Shown here: positions 30,235-39,335 of the stretch, one piece after another
Numbering within the stretch: position 1 is the stretch's first letter
Layout of the letters: the number at the start of each line of letters is the position of its first letter
NCBI GenBank assembly: GCA_021822165.1
Contig: JAKARM010000001.1
Coordinates: 42,443 to 106,442 of the forward strand
Direction of reading: 5' to 3'
Length of the DNA: 64,000 nucleotides
DNA from: Candidatus Micrarchaeota archaeon
GTDB lineage: Archaea; Micrarchaeota; Micrarchaeia; Micrarchaeales; Micrarchaeaceae
Notes under the pieces: model-generated
The model's database searches: none
Told to the model about the DNA's origin: nothing
What the model saw: only the letters and a program-made list of their open reading frames with translations
Position numbers and translations under genes: made by a program

Positions 30235-30534
30235 TTGAATCATGGGTGTGGTTCAGTGCTTAGCGAAACAGCAAGGAAGATCGTTGCGGAAGGGAGCATA
30301 CGGGTGAAGGTGAAGAGAGCCGGGATGCTGCAGTTCCAGACCCTGGTCATACGGAGGGTGCCGCTGGGCAATGGCAACTTCGTGGAGCTATTCCTCGACA
30401 AGGTCATGGATCTGAAGGAGGTTATGAAACTGTCGGAATCGACGGGGCTACCGGTAGAGACAGAGAACGGCAGGGTATTCCCGGAAGGGACCGGCGCAAA
30501 GGACTTTATGGAGGAACCGGATGCCACGGGCTAG
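30235..30534 (+). CDS. Hypothetical small protein
   Basis: 99-aa ORF with TTG start, balanced charged composition; preferred over antisense ORF 30240..30527; no motif recognised. Confidence 0.35.
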   Translation: MNHGCGSVLSETARKIVAEGSIRVKVKRAGMLQFQTLVIRRVPLGNGNFVELFLDKVMDLKEVMKLSESTGLPVETENGRVFPEGTGAKDFMEEPDATG

Positions 30535-32216
30535 TTCGTCATGTTGAGATAGCCTGTAGCGGTCGCGGTCCTGTTGCCCGTTGCTGTATACCTTACCGAA
30601 AGGGCGTAGCTCAATAAGGCGCTTGCCAGGGGAATCGGGGGCGTGTAGCAGGCCACAACTATGTTCGCCGAAGAGGCCGGGGCTATCGTCGAATTTACAG
30701 TCTGGTTGCTCGCCACCTGGGAGAGGGAGCATATGGCAGACGTTATGTGTATGGTATAGTTGTATCCATTTGTAATGGATAGATTCACAGCGCTTGTGGA
30801 GGAATTTATCCCCTCGATCTTGCAGCCGAGAGAGGAATTGTTGAAAGCGCAGGAGTTCTTGAATGGGCTTGTCCATGACAGCGGCGTCTGGTTTATCCCC
30901 AGGCTTGCTATAAGGCTTGCGCCGTTCAGGTGGGCCAGCACGGCGTTGGTCTTGTTCACCAGGGAATATACCCCGACCACATAATCAGGGGTTATCTCTG
31001 TTGTGTTTATCATTGAGAAGTTGCTCGTTGATGAGGGTATCTCATATATGGAGCAGACATCCACATTCCTGCTCTGGTTGTATATCAGCCCCCTGCAGGT
31101 TGAATTGATTAATGAAATATTTATCGGTGTCTTGAGCTCCTTGAGGTAGGTGGCGAATAGCCCGAAGGAGTTCTGGAACATGTTCGCTATGGCGAGGCCG
31201 CTGCCGCTCTGTTCTATCATGAACCCTGTCTGGGAGGAATTGGTATAGACGAACCTTGACTTATCATTGAAGAGGGTCGTATTCGATTTGAGCATGTTGG
31301 TGAGCGTATTGCTCTCGGACGGGGAGAAGTTCCTCCCAATGAACGAGAGGCAGGTCCCGTCGGATAGGGAGTTGTTGAGATATGTGACAATCTTCGTCCA
31401 TCCGCCGTCGTAAGCTACGCACATGCTGGTGTTGCTGTTAATTCTCGCAAAACTTGCAGTCTGGTTGCCTATCGTATGGTTTGTCACGCCGACCCTGAAC
31501 GTCCCGAGGACTATATCGACCATCGCAGGGTTTATATCGCCCTGCATCCATGAGACATATGCCGATGTCCCGTTAGAATAGGTGACATATGCGCCATTTA
31601 TCTCCCTTATGTAGCTGAGGAGGTCCGAGTACACAGCGCTTATCTCAGCACCATGGGCGCCATAGAAATTCTCCGCCATGCTCATATTGTATACTTTGTC
31701 GAGCACCTCCAGCTGGCTGACACCGGGCGTGAATATGGAGAACGCCTCTGTATAGTTTATCCCGTTATTAGGTATTGCCGTATAGACATTGGGGTGCTCT
31801 GGAACCAGGACGTTGATGGTTATGCTGCTCTGCGAAGCAGACCTGTTCGCTATATGGATCACATGTGCAGGATCCGCTACAGCATCAAAAGAGTAGTTCC
31901 CGCTCTCCCTGTACGTATAATTGGCATCCACCACCGCCTGCTTTAACGGAGGTATGCTTACAGTATAGGAATTGAGCAGCCTGCCGTTTATGTATAGGTC
32001 CAGCGGGAGATTCCTTACATATGATGAGCCGTTGTTTGATACAAGTATGCGCATTAGCGTCGTCTGGTAAGGGTATGTTGAATTGCTAGGATTAACCTGC
32101 TCCAGCCTAACGGTGATGTTATTGGACGTGTTCGAAGAAACATAGACGTATGCGAGTACGATAACCGCCACTACGGCTATGGCGACGTATAACAACCTTG
32201 CATCATGTACCTTCAT
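30531..32216 (-). CDS. Large exported, sequon-rich surface protein (signal-anchor N-terminus)
   Basis: N-terminal hydrophobic helix (LLYVAIAVVAVIVLAYVYV), more than 30 N-x-S/T sequons, no C-terminal anchor; 7 nt downstream of the 152-aa ORF. Confidence 0.6.
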   Translation of the reverse strand: MKVHDARLLYVAIAVVAVIVLAYVYVSSNTSNNITVRLEQVNPSNSTYPYQTTLMRILVSNNGSSYVRNLPLDLYINGRLLNSYTVSIPPLKQAVVDANYTYRESGNYSFDAVADPAHVIHIANRSASQSSITINVLVPEHPNVYTAIPNNGINYTEAFSIFTPGVSQLEVLDKVYNMSMAENFYGAHGAEISAVYSDLLSYIREINGAYVTYSNGTSAYVSWMQGDINPAMVDIVLGTFRVGVTNHTIGNQTASFARINSNTSMCVAYDGGWTKIVTYLNNSLSDGTCLSFIGRNFSPSESNTLTNMLKSNTTLFNDKSRFVYTNSSQTGFMIEQSGSGLAIANMFQNSFGLFATYLKELKTPINISLINSTCRGLIYNQSRNVDVCSIYEIPSSTSNFSMINTTEITPDYVVGVYSLVNKTNAVLAHLNGASLIASLGINQTPLSWTSPFKNSCAFNNSSLGCKIEGINSSTSAVNLSITNGYNYTIHITSAICSLSQVASNQTVNSTIAPASSANIVVACYTPPIPLASALLSYALSVRYTATGNRTATATGYLNMTN

Positions 32217-32222
32217 CGCAAA

Positions 32223-32681
32223 CTACCTTACGCCGAGCTCCTTTATGGCAGAGGTGATGCCCTCCTTTATCATGCCTACTTCGAAATTCAGATAGTGCTG
32301 GGCCCAGGCAGACTCATCATACTTTTCCACATTTGGCGGAAGCACCATAAAGTACTTGCCCTTTGAATTATCCAACATGTTTATCTTCTTCAACTGAAGG
32401 AGGTGGTACCTCAGCGTCTTCTCGTTTATAGGCTCCCAGATGCTGTCGATGTAGCTTTTAATCTCCTGCACGGTTGGGTCTTTCTTCTGCACAAATTGGA
32501 AACTGAGCATCGCGTCAAACACAGGTATAGCATTCTGCCTCGATTCGCCCGGGTTTATTATGCCAAGGCTTAGCGCGAGCCACCGCACTATCGAGCGCCT
32601 TGTCTCAAGCACCTCCTTGGGCAGCCTCAGCTTCCGCAAGGTTATTTCTCTTTCGATGAGGTGGGATTCGTTGAGTTCCAT
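32223..32681 (-). CDS. Hypothetical protein with winged-helix-like segment
   Basis: TVQEIKSYIDS ... EKTLRYHLLQLKKINMLDNSKGKYF resembles a wHTH recognition helix plus wing; first gene of a two-gene unit with the 561-aa surface protein. Confidence 0.45.
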   Translation of the reverse strand: MELNESHLIEREITLRKLRLPKEVLETRRSIVRWLALSLGIINPGESRQNAIPVFDAMLSFQFVQKKDPTVQEIKSYIDSIWEPINEKTLRYHLLQLKKINMLDNSKGKYFMVLPPNVEKYDESAWAQHYLNFEVGMIKEGITSAIKELGVR

Positions 32682-32765
32682 TGAAGCACGCAGCAGAATG
32701 ATTATCCTCTTAAGTTATTGAAATTATTTAAACTTATTGTGAGTATCCCTATAGTTGGTGTACCG

Positions 32766-33146
32766 ATGCCGCAAAACACGATAGATATCAAATTTGAGCC
32801 AACCCCTCCGTCAGCAAGCCTGCGGAATGAGGTTTACATGGTAATAGAGGTGAAGAACTGCGATGCGGCAAAGATATACTGGTGCGAATGCGAAGTGAAT
32901 GTGAAACCCCCGTTGTCGCTATCGCATGATGGAGAGCTGAACACGGGTAAAACCAGGGTTGGGATGGTGGGGCCATCGCAGTCGAGGAGCAAGAAGGTAA
33001 AGATATTCACGAGACCAAACAGCACGCCTGGCAGCTACCACTTAGGCGTAATCGCCTACATGTATGATGAAGACGGCGCGATATCGGAAAGGGTTGAGAA
33101 GAAAGAGGATGTCGAATGCATGCTCATCGACAACATGGTAAGGTGA
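32766..33146 (+). CDS. Hypothetical protein
   Basis: ATG 32766 (MPQNTIDIKFEP) within listed ORF 32718..33146; beta-rich composition, no motif recognised. Confidence 0.4.
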   Translation: MPQNTIDIKFEPTPPSASLRNEVYMVIEVKNCDAAKIYWCECEVNVKPPLSLSHDGELNTGKTRVGMVGPSQSRSKKVKIFTRPNSTPGSYHLGVIAYMYDEDGAISERVEKKEDVECMLIDNMVR

Positions 33147-33157
33147 CAGGTAGGCCG

Positions 33158-33457
33158 TTATGTCGGTTCTATGACGAACTCTTCGGGGATTTTACCCGAA
33201 CGGGTTTCGATGGCTACAGATTCCATATGCATGACGGACGGTCCTGATGGCATGTCGACGGATATGCTTTCCTTGAACATATCCAGGCGTCCAGGGTCCC
33301 CATAGGCTGAGATCTTCACGCTTCCGTCTGGCATGTTCCTTACCGACCCCGTTATCCCGCACCTCTCTGCAGAGACCTTGACAAGCCAGCGATACCCAAC
33401 ACCCTGCACGTTGCCATGGACGACAAAAGAGACTCCCGCGACCCTTGCCTCTGCCAT
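33158..33457 (-). CDS. acyP: Acylphosphatase
   Basis: VHGNVQGVGYR signature and GSVRNMPDGSVKI, 99 aa. Confidence 0.85.
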   Translation of the reverse strand: MAEARVAGVSFVVHGNVQGVGYRWLVKVSAERCGITGSVRNMPDGSVKISAYGDPGRLDMFKESISVDMPSGPSVMHMESVAIETRSGKIPEEFVIEPT

Positions 33458-33461
33458 CCCG

Positions 33462-34148
33462 TTACCCCCTGGACTTTTGTTTTGTTTTCACCCTTCCCAT
33501 GCCCCCCGTCCGGGGAGGGGGAAGGCTCTCGTATATTTCTGCCGCCCCCCTCAACATTATCATGGCGAAGAGCGCTGCAACCAGCAAGTACCCGACGATA
33601 TGAGGATAGTTGGAGACGTACATCAATACAAGATAGGAGAATGCGGCAAACTTCAATATGTTGACAGTGGCCCTGCTTACATTGGACGAATAGACAGCCT
33701 TGGCAAACCTTGTCTTCATTTTAGACGAGGTCCCATGCGACCCCATGAGCGCATCTGCAAAGGCATGCCTGATCATAACAAATAGGAATAAGAAAAGGGG
33801 GATTATCCGAAGATAGGTGAAAAGTATCCAAAAGGAATATTCTATGACCCTGTCCCCGGCAACGTCAATTCTCGCCCCATAAGGGGCCGTTTGCGATATG
33901 CTCTCTTTTATAGTGCGTACGGCGCTTTGTGCTTTCGCGTTGCCGAAGGCGGATTTCAGGTAGGTGAGGAATCCCACGCTGCCATGGCTTGCCTCGCGGA
34001 CTGCCAGATATCCGTCAATCCCGTCCGTTATGAATGCGATCGCTATGAGGACTATGGTGATGTAGGGATTTGCCCGGACAATGACGAGGTAGACTATCAC
34101 GAGGGAAAGCAAGACTCTTGCCAATGTCGCTTGATCGCTGCTCCTCAT
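33462..34148 (-). CDS. CDP-alcohol phosphatidyltransferase family protein
   Basis: DGIDGYLAVR ... GARIDVAGDRV (D-G-x2-A-R ... G-x3-D-x3-D, with an unusually long insert between the halves), 5-6 TM helices. Confidence 0.65.
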   Translation of the reverse strand: MRSSDQATLARVLLSLVIVYLVIVRANPYITIVLIAIAFITDGIDGYLAVREASHGSVGFLTYLKSAFGNAKAQSAVRTIKESISQTAPYGARIDVAGDRVIEYSFWILFTYLRIIPLFLFLFVMIRHAFADALMGSHGTSSKMKTRFAKAVYSSNVSRATVNILKFAAFSYLVLMYVSNYPHIVGYLLVAALFAMIMLRGAAEIYESLPPPRTGGMGRVKTKQKSRG

Positions 34149-34188
34149 TCAGCACACCAGATACAAAACTTCTTGCTGCTACTGTTAT

Positions 34189-34794
34189 TTATACCGGACT
34201 GCCCATACCGAACATCGAAAGTATCTCCGCGGTCGTCTTGACCATCCCTATCCGGGGAAATATGAACTTTCGCGTGGATTCGTGCTCTTCGCCGCTCATC
34301 GCGCTCATGGCATCTATCGCAAAGAGCTGGTTGTAGCCATGCTGGTATGCCTCCCGGGCCGTAGTTTCCACGCCTATGTTCGTCGAGACGCCGCAGAGGA
34401 CTATCGTTTTTACATTCCGTCTTCTTAGCTGTAGGTCCAGCTCGGTGCCGTAAAAGGCGCCCCACTGCCTCTTTGTTATTACTATATCGCTCTTGGTTGG
34501 TTTCGCCTCTTCGGAAAACTCGGCCCAGTCTTTCGGGCGCTCGCCAAGGTTTATCGCCATTGGCATATCAGCCACCGGTTTAAGCATGTCGTTGCCGTCC
34601 TTGGTGTCAACGTGCACCAAAAAAACAGGGGATTTTACCCCCCTAAACCCTGCCAAAAGGCGCAAGACGTTCCCAACAACCTCCGTGGTGGAATAGGGCT
34701 CCAATTTTCTTGCCGGGGAAACTATGCCTTTCTGTATATCTATCACTACAAGCGCCGTCTGTTTGAGGGCTTCGGGACCGTTAACCATACTCAC
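34189..34794 (-). CDS. Isochorismatase-family cysteine hydrolase
   Basis: TALVVIDIQKG, KRQWGAFYGTELD, VLCGVSTNIGVETTAREAYQHGY (catalytic Cys region). Confidence 0.8.
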   Translation of the reverse strand: MSMVNGPEALKQTALVVIDIQKGIVSPARKLEPYSTTEVVGNVLRLLAGFRGVKSPVFLVHVDTKDGNDMLKPVADMPMAINLGERPKDWAEFSEEAKPTKSDIVITKRQWGAFYGTELDLQLRRRNVKTIVLCGVSTNIGVETTAREAYQHGYNQLFAIDAMSAMSGEEHESTRKFIFPRIGMVKTTAEILSMFGMGSPV

Positions 34795-34836
34795 AATATC
34801 ACCATGTGCTTATGAACCTGTTAGGTTATTAGGATT

Positions 34837-36669
34837 TTACAAAGGGGCAGGGGAAGGGTTGTGCAATAACCCCAACACCCTTTGCATATCGCCTGCCCCA
34901 ATAACAAACACCCTGTCCGTCTTGAAATAATTGGAGTAGAAGTCAACCGCCATGTCGTTGACAACCATGATCACCCTGGAGAATGTCAGGAGCCTTTTCC
35001 CCACCATTCCCGCAGTTTTGCTTATGGATTTCCTGCCGGTCTCGTATTCTATTGCGATTTTTTCATGCCCACCGTAAACTTCTATGTCCGGACCTGTCGA
35101 ATTGTTTACTATGCGGTGTTCTACAGAATTGGCGGAAAGCATCTCAGATATCTTGAACACGATAACCTGGTGCTCTATACTTGTCGCCCCGCTCATGCGC
35201 ATTATCCACCTCTCAGGCACGTCGCCGGAGGGAATATCGATTTGGTCGATGGACCCGTCAGATAGCAAACTTTCGACAACACCCCTGCACCCTGGCCCAA
35301 AACGTTTTTCTATTTTTTCATAACGCACCGGATCCCCAGCCATAAACGCCAAGAGCTGGGATGCGGTTACATGCTGCCCCATTTTTGCCACGGCCGGGTG
35401 GCCGAAATGGTATGTTGCTGCGCGGGTATTTATGAGAAATGGGTTCCGTATCGTATCGCTTATAATGATTGCCTGGTTTGGCCTCATCGAGTTCAACATC
35501 TGCTTTACCACGAATCCTTTTTCGTTGTCTCCCCCAGCCATAATATTGGAGACGTAGTTGATTTCCGACGGTTCCCTGGGATAAAAAGATATGAAAGTTG
35601 AGGCATTTGCAATTATTTCCTTCGGTAGCGATGTTGAGAGATGTGTGGCGATAATCACCCCGACCCCGTATTTCCTGCCTTCCTCTATCAAACGCTTTAT
35701 CACAAGCCCTTCGACGGTATTGCCAAGTATGAACTGCGCCTCGTCTATGATGACGTAAAGTTTTATCCCCGATTCCTTGGGATTGTCCTTCATGGAATTA
35801 TAGAGCCTCCTCAGGAGCTCGCTTATGTATATTATGCGGGACTCCCTAGACTTTGTCGATGCGAGGGAAAACGAATTTATCTTGGTCTTCATCAAACCGA
35901 AATCCATAACAGAATCGGAAAAGGACGCACCGTCGACAGCCGATATCCTTTCTTTCAGGTGCATCAGCGTGTTCTTTTCCGATAGCGTCTTTGAATTCCT
36001 GATGAAGATCGCCAGTTCCGCCAATAGGTCCTTTAGGGTGGGGGCGGATGGAAGCTCGTTCTGCATCCGGGTGCGTGCGCCTTTCCTCCTATATGCGTAC
36101 CACATGCATTCGGAGAGCTTTAAAGTTTGGATATGGCCGAGGGAAAATACTGCCCTCAGGGTCCCCGACAGTTCTGATATCCTTTCGCCCACCGTGGACC
36201 CGTCAAGAGCGAACAGGTTTACCCCTTGCCTTGAGGAATCGTATACCCCGCCGCCCATAGAGGATACGATCTCGCTGTATTCGTCATGGGCGTCCAGTAT
36301 TATCGCTGCCCTCCCGGATGCGAAAATATCCCCGACAATCGATTTCAGGAGAGTGCTTTTGCCGAACCCGCTCATGCCCACTATTAACATGTGGGGGTTG
36401 GAGTTCCGTTCCGGCATGATGGATACATCGCCATGCTTCCGTACCCAGCGCCATTGCGAGATTAACTCGTGCCTCCAAGCGGTAGAGGTAATGGCATATC
36501 TACGCGAAATCACAAATTCCGACTTTCCGAGATTGAGGTTAAGATACCCCATATTCCCCTTCCGAAAAGAAGGTAGGGCTCTTAAAAACCTTTTCAAAGC
36601 ATTATATATCGTTTTCATATCGTCACCGTTTGGAGGTGTATCGGCCAAACATACAGGACAAGCGGGCAT
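34837..36669 (-). CDS. HerA/DUF87-like P-loop ATPase fused to C-terminal wHTH-like and PD-(D/E)xK-like nuclease modules
   Basis: Walker A MLIVGMSGFGKSTL, Walker B LYVIIDEAQF, GVGVIIATH sensor region; C-terminus: VRYEKIEKRFG...LLSDGSI (wHTH-like), then HQVIVFKISEML ... GPDIEV ... IAIEYETGRK (nuclease-like core); alternative start M18 (36618). Confidence 0.7.
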   Translation of the reverse strand: MPACPVCLADTPPNGDDMKTIYNALKRFLRALPSFRKGNMGYLNLNLGKSEFVISRRYAITSTAWRHELISQWRWVRKHGDVSIMPERNSNPHMLIVGMSGFGKSTLLKSIVGDIFASGRAAIILDAHDEYSEIVSSMGGGVYDSSRQGVNLFALDGSTVGERISELSGTLRAVFSLGHIQTLKLSECMWYAYRRKGARTRMQNELPSAPTLKDLLAELAIFIRNSKTLSEKNTLMHLKERISAVDGASFSDSVMDFGLMKTKINSFSLASTKSRESRIIYISELLRRLYNSMKDNPKESGIKLYVIIDEAQFILGNTVEGLVIKRLIEEGRKYGVGVIIATHLSTSLPKEIIANASTFISFYPREPSEINYVSNIMAGGDNEKGFVVKQMLNSMRPNQAIIISDTIRNPFLINTRAATYHFGHPAVAKMGQHVTASQLLAFMAGDPVRYEKIEKRFGPGCRGVVESLLSDGSIDQIDIPSGDVPERWIMRMSGATSIEHQVIVFKISEMLSANSVEHRIVNNSTGPDIEVYGGHEKIAIEYETGRKSISKTAGMVGKRLLTFSRVIMVVNDMAVDFYSNYFKTDRVFVIGAGDMQRVLGLLHNPSPAPL

Positions 36670-36689
36670 CGGCCCGTAATTTCAGAAAT

Positions 36690-36813
36690 GCCAGGGTGGC
36701 AGAATCTGGTAACGCGCTGGTCTTGAAATTTTAAATTATCAAGAGCTGATTAATGATGCAACAAGCCAACCAGTGCCCTCACGGGCTTTAGGGTTCGAAT
36801 CCCTACCCTGGCG
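36690..36813 (+). tRNA. tRNA-Ser(UGA), class II, with 40-nt intron at the canonical 37/38 position
   Basis: Acceptor GCCAGGG/CCCTGGC, discriminator G73, anticodon arm CTGGT-CTTGAA[intron 36728-36767]A-ACCAG, long variable arm GCCC-TCAC-GGGC, T arm TAGGG-TTCGAAT-CCCTA; D stem has one A.C mismatch. Confidence 0.85.
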
Positions 36814-36961
36814 AACCATAATGAATTTACAGGCCACTTATCGCCGGAAAGGCGGTTATTGACAAGTTTTAAATAATTACCCGCTAAAGGATATCTACCA
36901 TTAATACAGCACCGGCGTTTCTTGATAATCAGAATCCCTACTGCTATATTTGCTTCCAGTG

Positions 36962-37759
36962 ATGTTGATGAAAGCCATAATTTTATGCGGCGGCTTCGCC
37001 GTAAGATTGGAACCCATAACAAAATTCATACCTAAACCGCTTTTACCGATAGGCGGGATACCGCTTCTTGAATACATAATAAACGACCTTCACATAATAA
37101 GCGGCCTGGAAAACGACAACATAAGCAACATATACGTGTCTACCAACCACAAGTTCCACGACCAGTTCCAGCACTTCGTGGAAACGCACCACGTCCATTT
37201 CGAGAACAGCAAGGTAGAGGTAATAGCCGAGCCGACGACCAGCAATGCCAATAAGTTCGGAGCCATAAAAGGGATACTGTATGCAATAGAAGAGGCAGGG
37301 ATTGACGACGATCTCATCATAATCGCAGGGGATAACTTCTACGACTTTAGCTTAAGGGAGATAATAAAGAAGTTCAAGCTCTATAGGAGGCCCGTAGTAT
37401 GCCTCCACAAGGTAGATTCCAAAGAATATGCAAAGCGCTTCGGGGTAGTAGAGGTCGAAGGTGGCAAGATACGGTCTTTCGAAGAGAAGCCGGAAAACCC
37501 GAAATCCACGCTGATAAGCACGGGCATATACATATTCCCGAAAGAGATGCTATACCTTTTCAAGAAATATATCCAGGACAAGAACAACCCCGATGCCCCG
37601 GGATTCTTCATACAGTGGCTGATAAACAACAAGGTAGAGATATACGGGATTGAAAACGACGGGATGTGGTTCGACATAGGGAATGTCGAGATCTACGGAG
37701 AGGTGTTCGAGCTCTACAAACAGAAGGGATATGGAAAGGTAACCCACGTACCGAAATAA
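36962..37759 (+). CDS. Sugar-1-phosphate nucleotidyltransferase (NDP-sugar pyrophosphorylase)
   Basis: KAIILCGGFAVRLEPITKFIPKPLLPIGG N-terminal signature, IIAGDNF; ATG 36962 or 36968 inside the listed TTG-started ORF. Confidence 0.85.
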   Translation: MLMKAIILCGGFAVRLEPITKFIPKPLLPIGGIPLLEYIINDLHIISGLENDNISNIYVSTNHKFHDQFQHFVETHHVHFENSKVEVIAEPTTSNANKFGAIKGILYAIEEAGIDDDLIIIAGDNFYDFSLREIIKKFKLYRRPVVCLHKVDSKEYAKRFGVVEVEGGKIRSFEEKPENPKSTLISTGIYIFPKEMLYLFKKYIQDKNNPDAPGFFIQWLINNKVEIYGIENDGMWFDIGNVEIYGEVFELYKQKGYGKVTHVPK

Positions 37760-37760
37760 T

Positions 37761-38204
37761 TTACTTGCTGTACGTTTCCGTGCAGTAGCTGCTGATGCAG
37801 GAACACCCTATATTTCCCATAACAAGGAACATAGGGCATAGATAACCTGTCTTGTTTTCGCCCTTGGTGAGATTCAGGTACTGGCCATAGTACTTGCCGT
37901 TTATACATATGAACTGCGATGGGAGATTGTTATCGCATCTTGAGAGAAGCAGCTTGGCGCACTGAAGGCTGGAGCTGCAGGAAAATTGTGATGCCCCGAT
38001 CCCTATCCCGAATGCAGAAGCATGCGATATCTCGTTGGAATAGCTGTATAGCGTGGTGTTCGGGGGAACCGGTGTCTGGTTATGGGTCGCCGTCAACCTG
38101 CCGGGTATAGCGGCGGTGAATAAATAATACATGGCTGCTATGAAGACCACCGTGATTATATAGACTAGGGCGAGACGTCGCTTATTCTTTACCGCCTCTT
38201 TCAT
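37761..38204 (-). CDS. Small signal-anchored Cys-rich exported protein
   Basis: N-terminal KNKRR + hydrophobic helix, 8 Cys in the C-terminal 80 aa, sequons. Confidence 0.5.
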   Translation of the reverse strand: MKEAVKNKRRLALVYIITVVFIAAMYYLFTAAIPGRLTATHNQTPVPPNTTLYSYSNEISHASAFGIGIGASQFSCSSSLQCAKLLLSRCDNNLPSQFICINGKYYGQYLNLTKGENKTGYLCPMFLVMGNIGCSCISSYCTETYSK

Positions 38205-38213
38205 AGTACCGCC

Positions 38214-38651
38214 TCAGAGTTTGTATCCGGTCTTCCGCAGGAATATCTTCCTTTCTGCCTTCTCCCCTTCCCCTTCAATCCCTTTCGGGCTATTTCCGTC
38301 CACCACCCCCACGACAGCTTTTCCGAGGCCGGTTTGGGCAACAAGCACTTCGGTCGGATTCGAAGTTGCGCAAAAAACCACCGATACCTCGACGACGGAC
38401 TTTATGGCGTTTATCACGTTTATGGGATACGCCCCAATAAATAGCACTACGAAGGTATGTCCCGCGCCTATAGCCATGGCGTTCTTTTTTGCAAGCGCTT
38501 CCATCTTCGGATCATTTCCTTCCCCCCGCACCAGGCAGGGGCCGCTTGCCTCTGTGAATGCGACCCCGAAGCGCACGGATGGCGCCGAATTGATCATCGC
38601 TTCATAGATATCCTCGACGCTCTTTATGAAACCCGCATGCCCCACCACCAA
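38214..38651 (-). CDS. Adenosine-specific-kinase family (PF04008/DUF355-like) protein
   Basis: GHAGFIKSVEDIYEA ... FTEASGPCLVR ... GAGHTFVVL ... AYPINVINAIK ... FCATSNP ... FLRKTGYKL matches my memory of this archaeal family; coding potential continues upstream of the listed TTG start (see finding). Confidence 0.65.
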   Translation of the reverse strand: MVVGHAGFIKSVEDIYEAMINSAPSVRFGVAFTEASGPCLVRGEGNDPKMEALAKKNAMAIGAGHTFVVLFIGAYPINVINAIKSVVEVSVVFCATSNPTEVLVAQTGLGKAVVGVVDGNSPKGIEGEGEKAERKIFLRKTGYKL

Positions 38652-38771
38652 CTGGACCTCCTCGGGCTTCTCGATGCGGACAGGGTTTATCAGGATAGCA
38701 CCACCATTGACTCAATCATATTGGACAGCAAGATTTTTATACAGGACCCGATAAAATCTTCCGTTGGTCTT

Positions 38772-39332
38772 ATGGGGTTGCTTCTCGTGCTGCTTCTGAT
38801 AGTGGATATAGTGATATCGTTGTGGAACGCATACGCGAGCGGTTACAACATAGGGATGATTAGGAAATCGAAAGCCAAAGCAGGCGCGTTAACCAGGGCA
38901 GCCGCTTATTCGGGTCTTGGTTTGGGGTTCGCAGGGATCGCCTATGTCCTGATAATGGCAATAAGCTACATAGCCTATGCGCTCGGCTATGTAGGGGCAG
39001 GGGTTGTAAGCTATGCCGCCAGCCTAAACTTCCTTGTGTTCGGGTTTCTCATAATAGGGTTCGGACTCATGGTAACGATACAGTCGATCGCGATAGCCGT
39101 AAAGAAACGCAGCCTGTTCAGCATCGTGATCGCCCTTTGGAACGTGTTTGCGGAAGTGTGGGACATCGCAAGCTACGTGCAAGGATTCAAGGAGGCGACC
39201 GGGGTAATAAGAGGAAACAGGAACAGCAGGAATGGCGCGATCGAGATAACCCTAATATCGGTGCTCCTGGCTTTCTTCATAACCCATGCGGCATACAGGC
39301 ACGGGCTCAACAAAGCAATGGATTCTGCCTGA
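38772..39332 (+). CDS. Integral membrane protein, unknown function
   Basis: ATG 38772 (MGLLLVLLLIV) inside listed ORF 38457..39332, whose 5' part is antisense to the kinase-family gene; 5 hydrophobic helices. Confidence 0.5.
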   Translation: MGLLLVLLLIVDIVISLWNAYASGYNIGMIRKSKAKAGALTRAAAYSGLGLGFAGIAYVLIMAISYIAYALGYVGAGVVSYAASLNFLVFGFLIIGFGLMVTIQSIAIAVKKRSLFSIVIALWNVFAEVWDIASYVQGFKEATGVIRGNRNSRNGAIEITLISVLLAFFITHAAYRHGLNKAMDSA

Positions 39333-39335
39333 GGG

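Noticed and set aside
36728-36767. CTGA and ATGATG elements inside the tRNA-Ser intron, as a possible intron-encoded C/D box sRNA (as in tRNA-Trp introns of some archaea)
   Set aside because: The intron is only 40 nt, too short for C, D', C' and D boxes with two guide regions. The box order (CTGA before ATGATG) fits at best the internal D'/C' pair.
36670-36961. Possible integrated mobile element using tRNA-Ser as an attachment site, next to the HerA-like gene
   Set aside because: No integrase, transposase or direct repeat of the tRNA 3' end was seen by eye in the flanks. The GC content of the flanking genes looks native.
36750-37022. 90-aa minus-strand ORF overlapping the 3' half of tRNA-Ser
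   Set aside because: It overlaps a well-folding tRNA gene and the promoter region of the nucleotidyltransferase gene, and has no motif.
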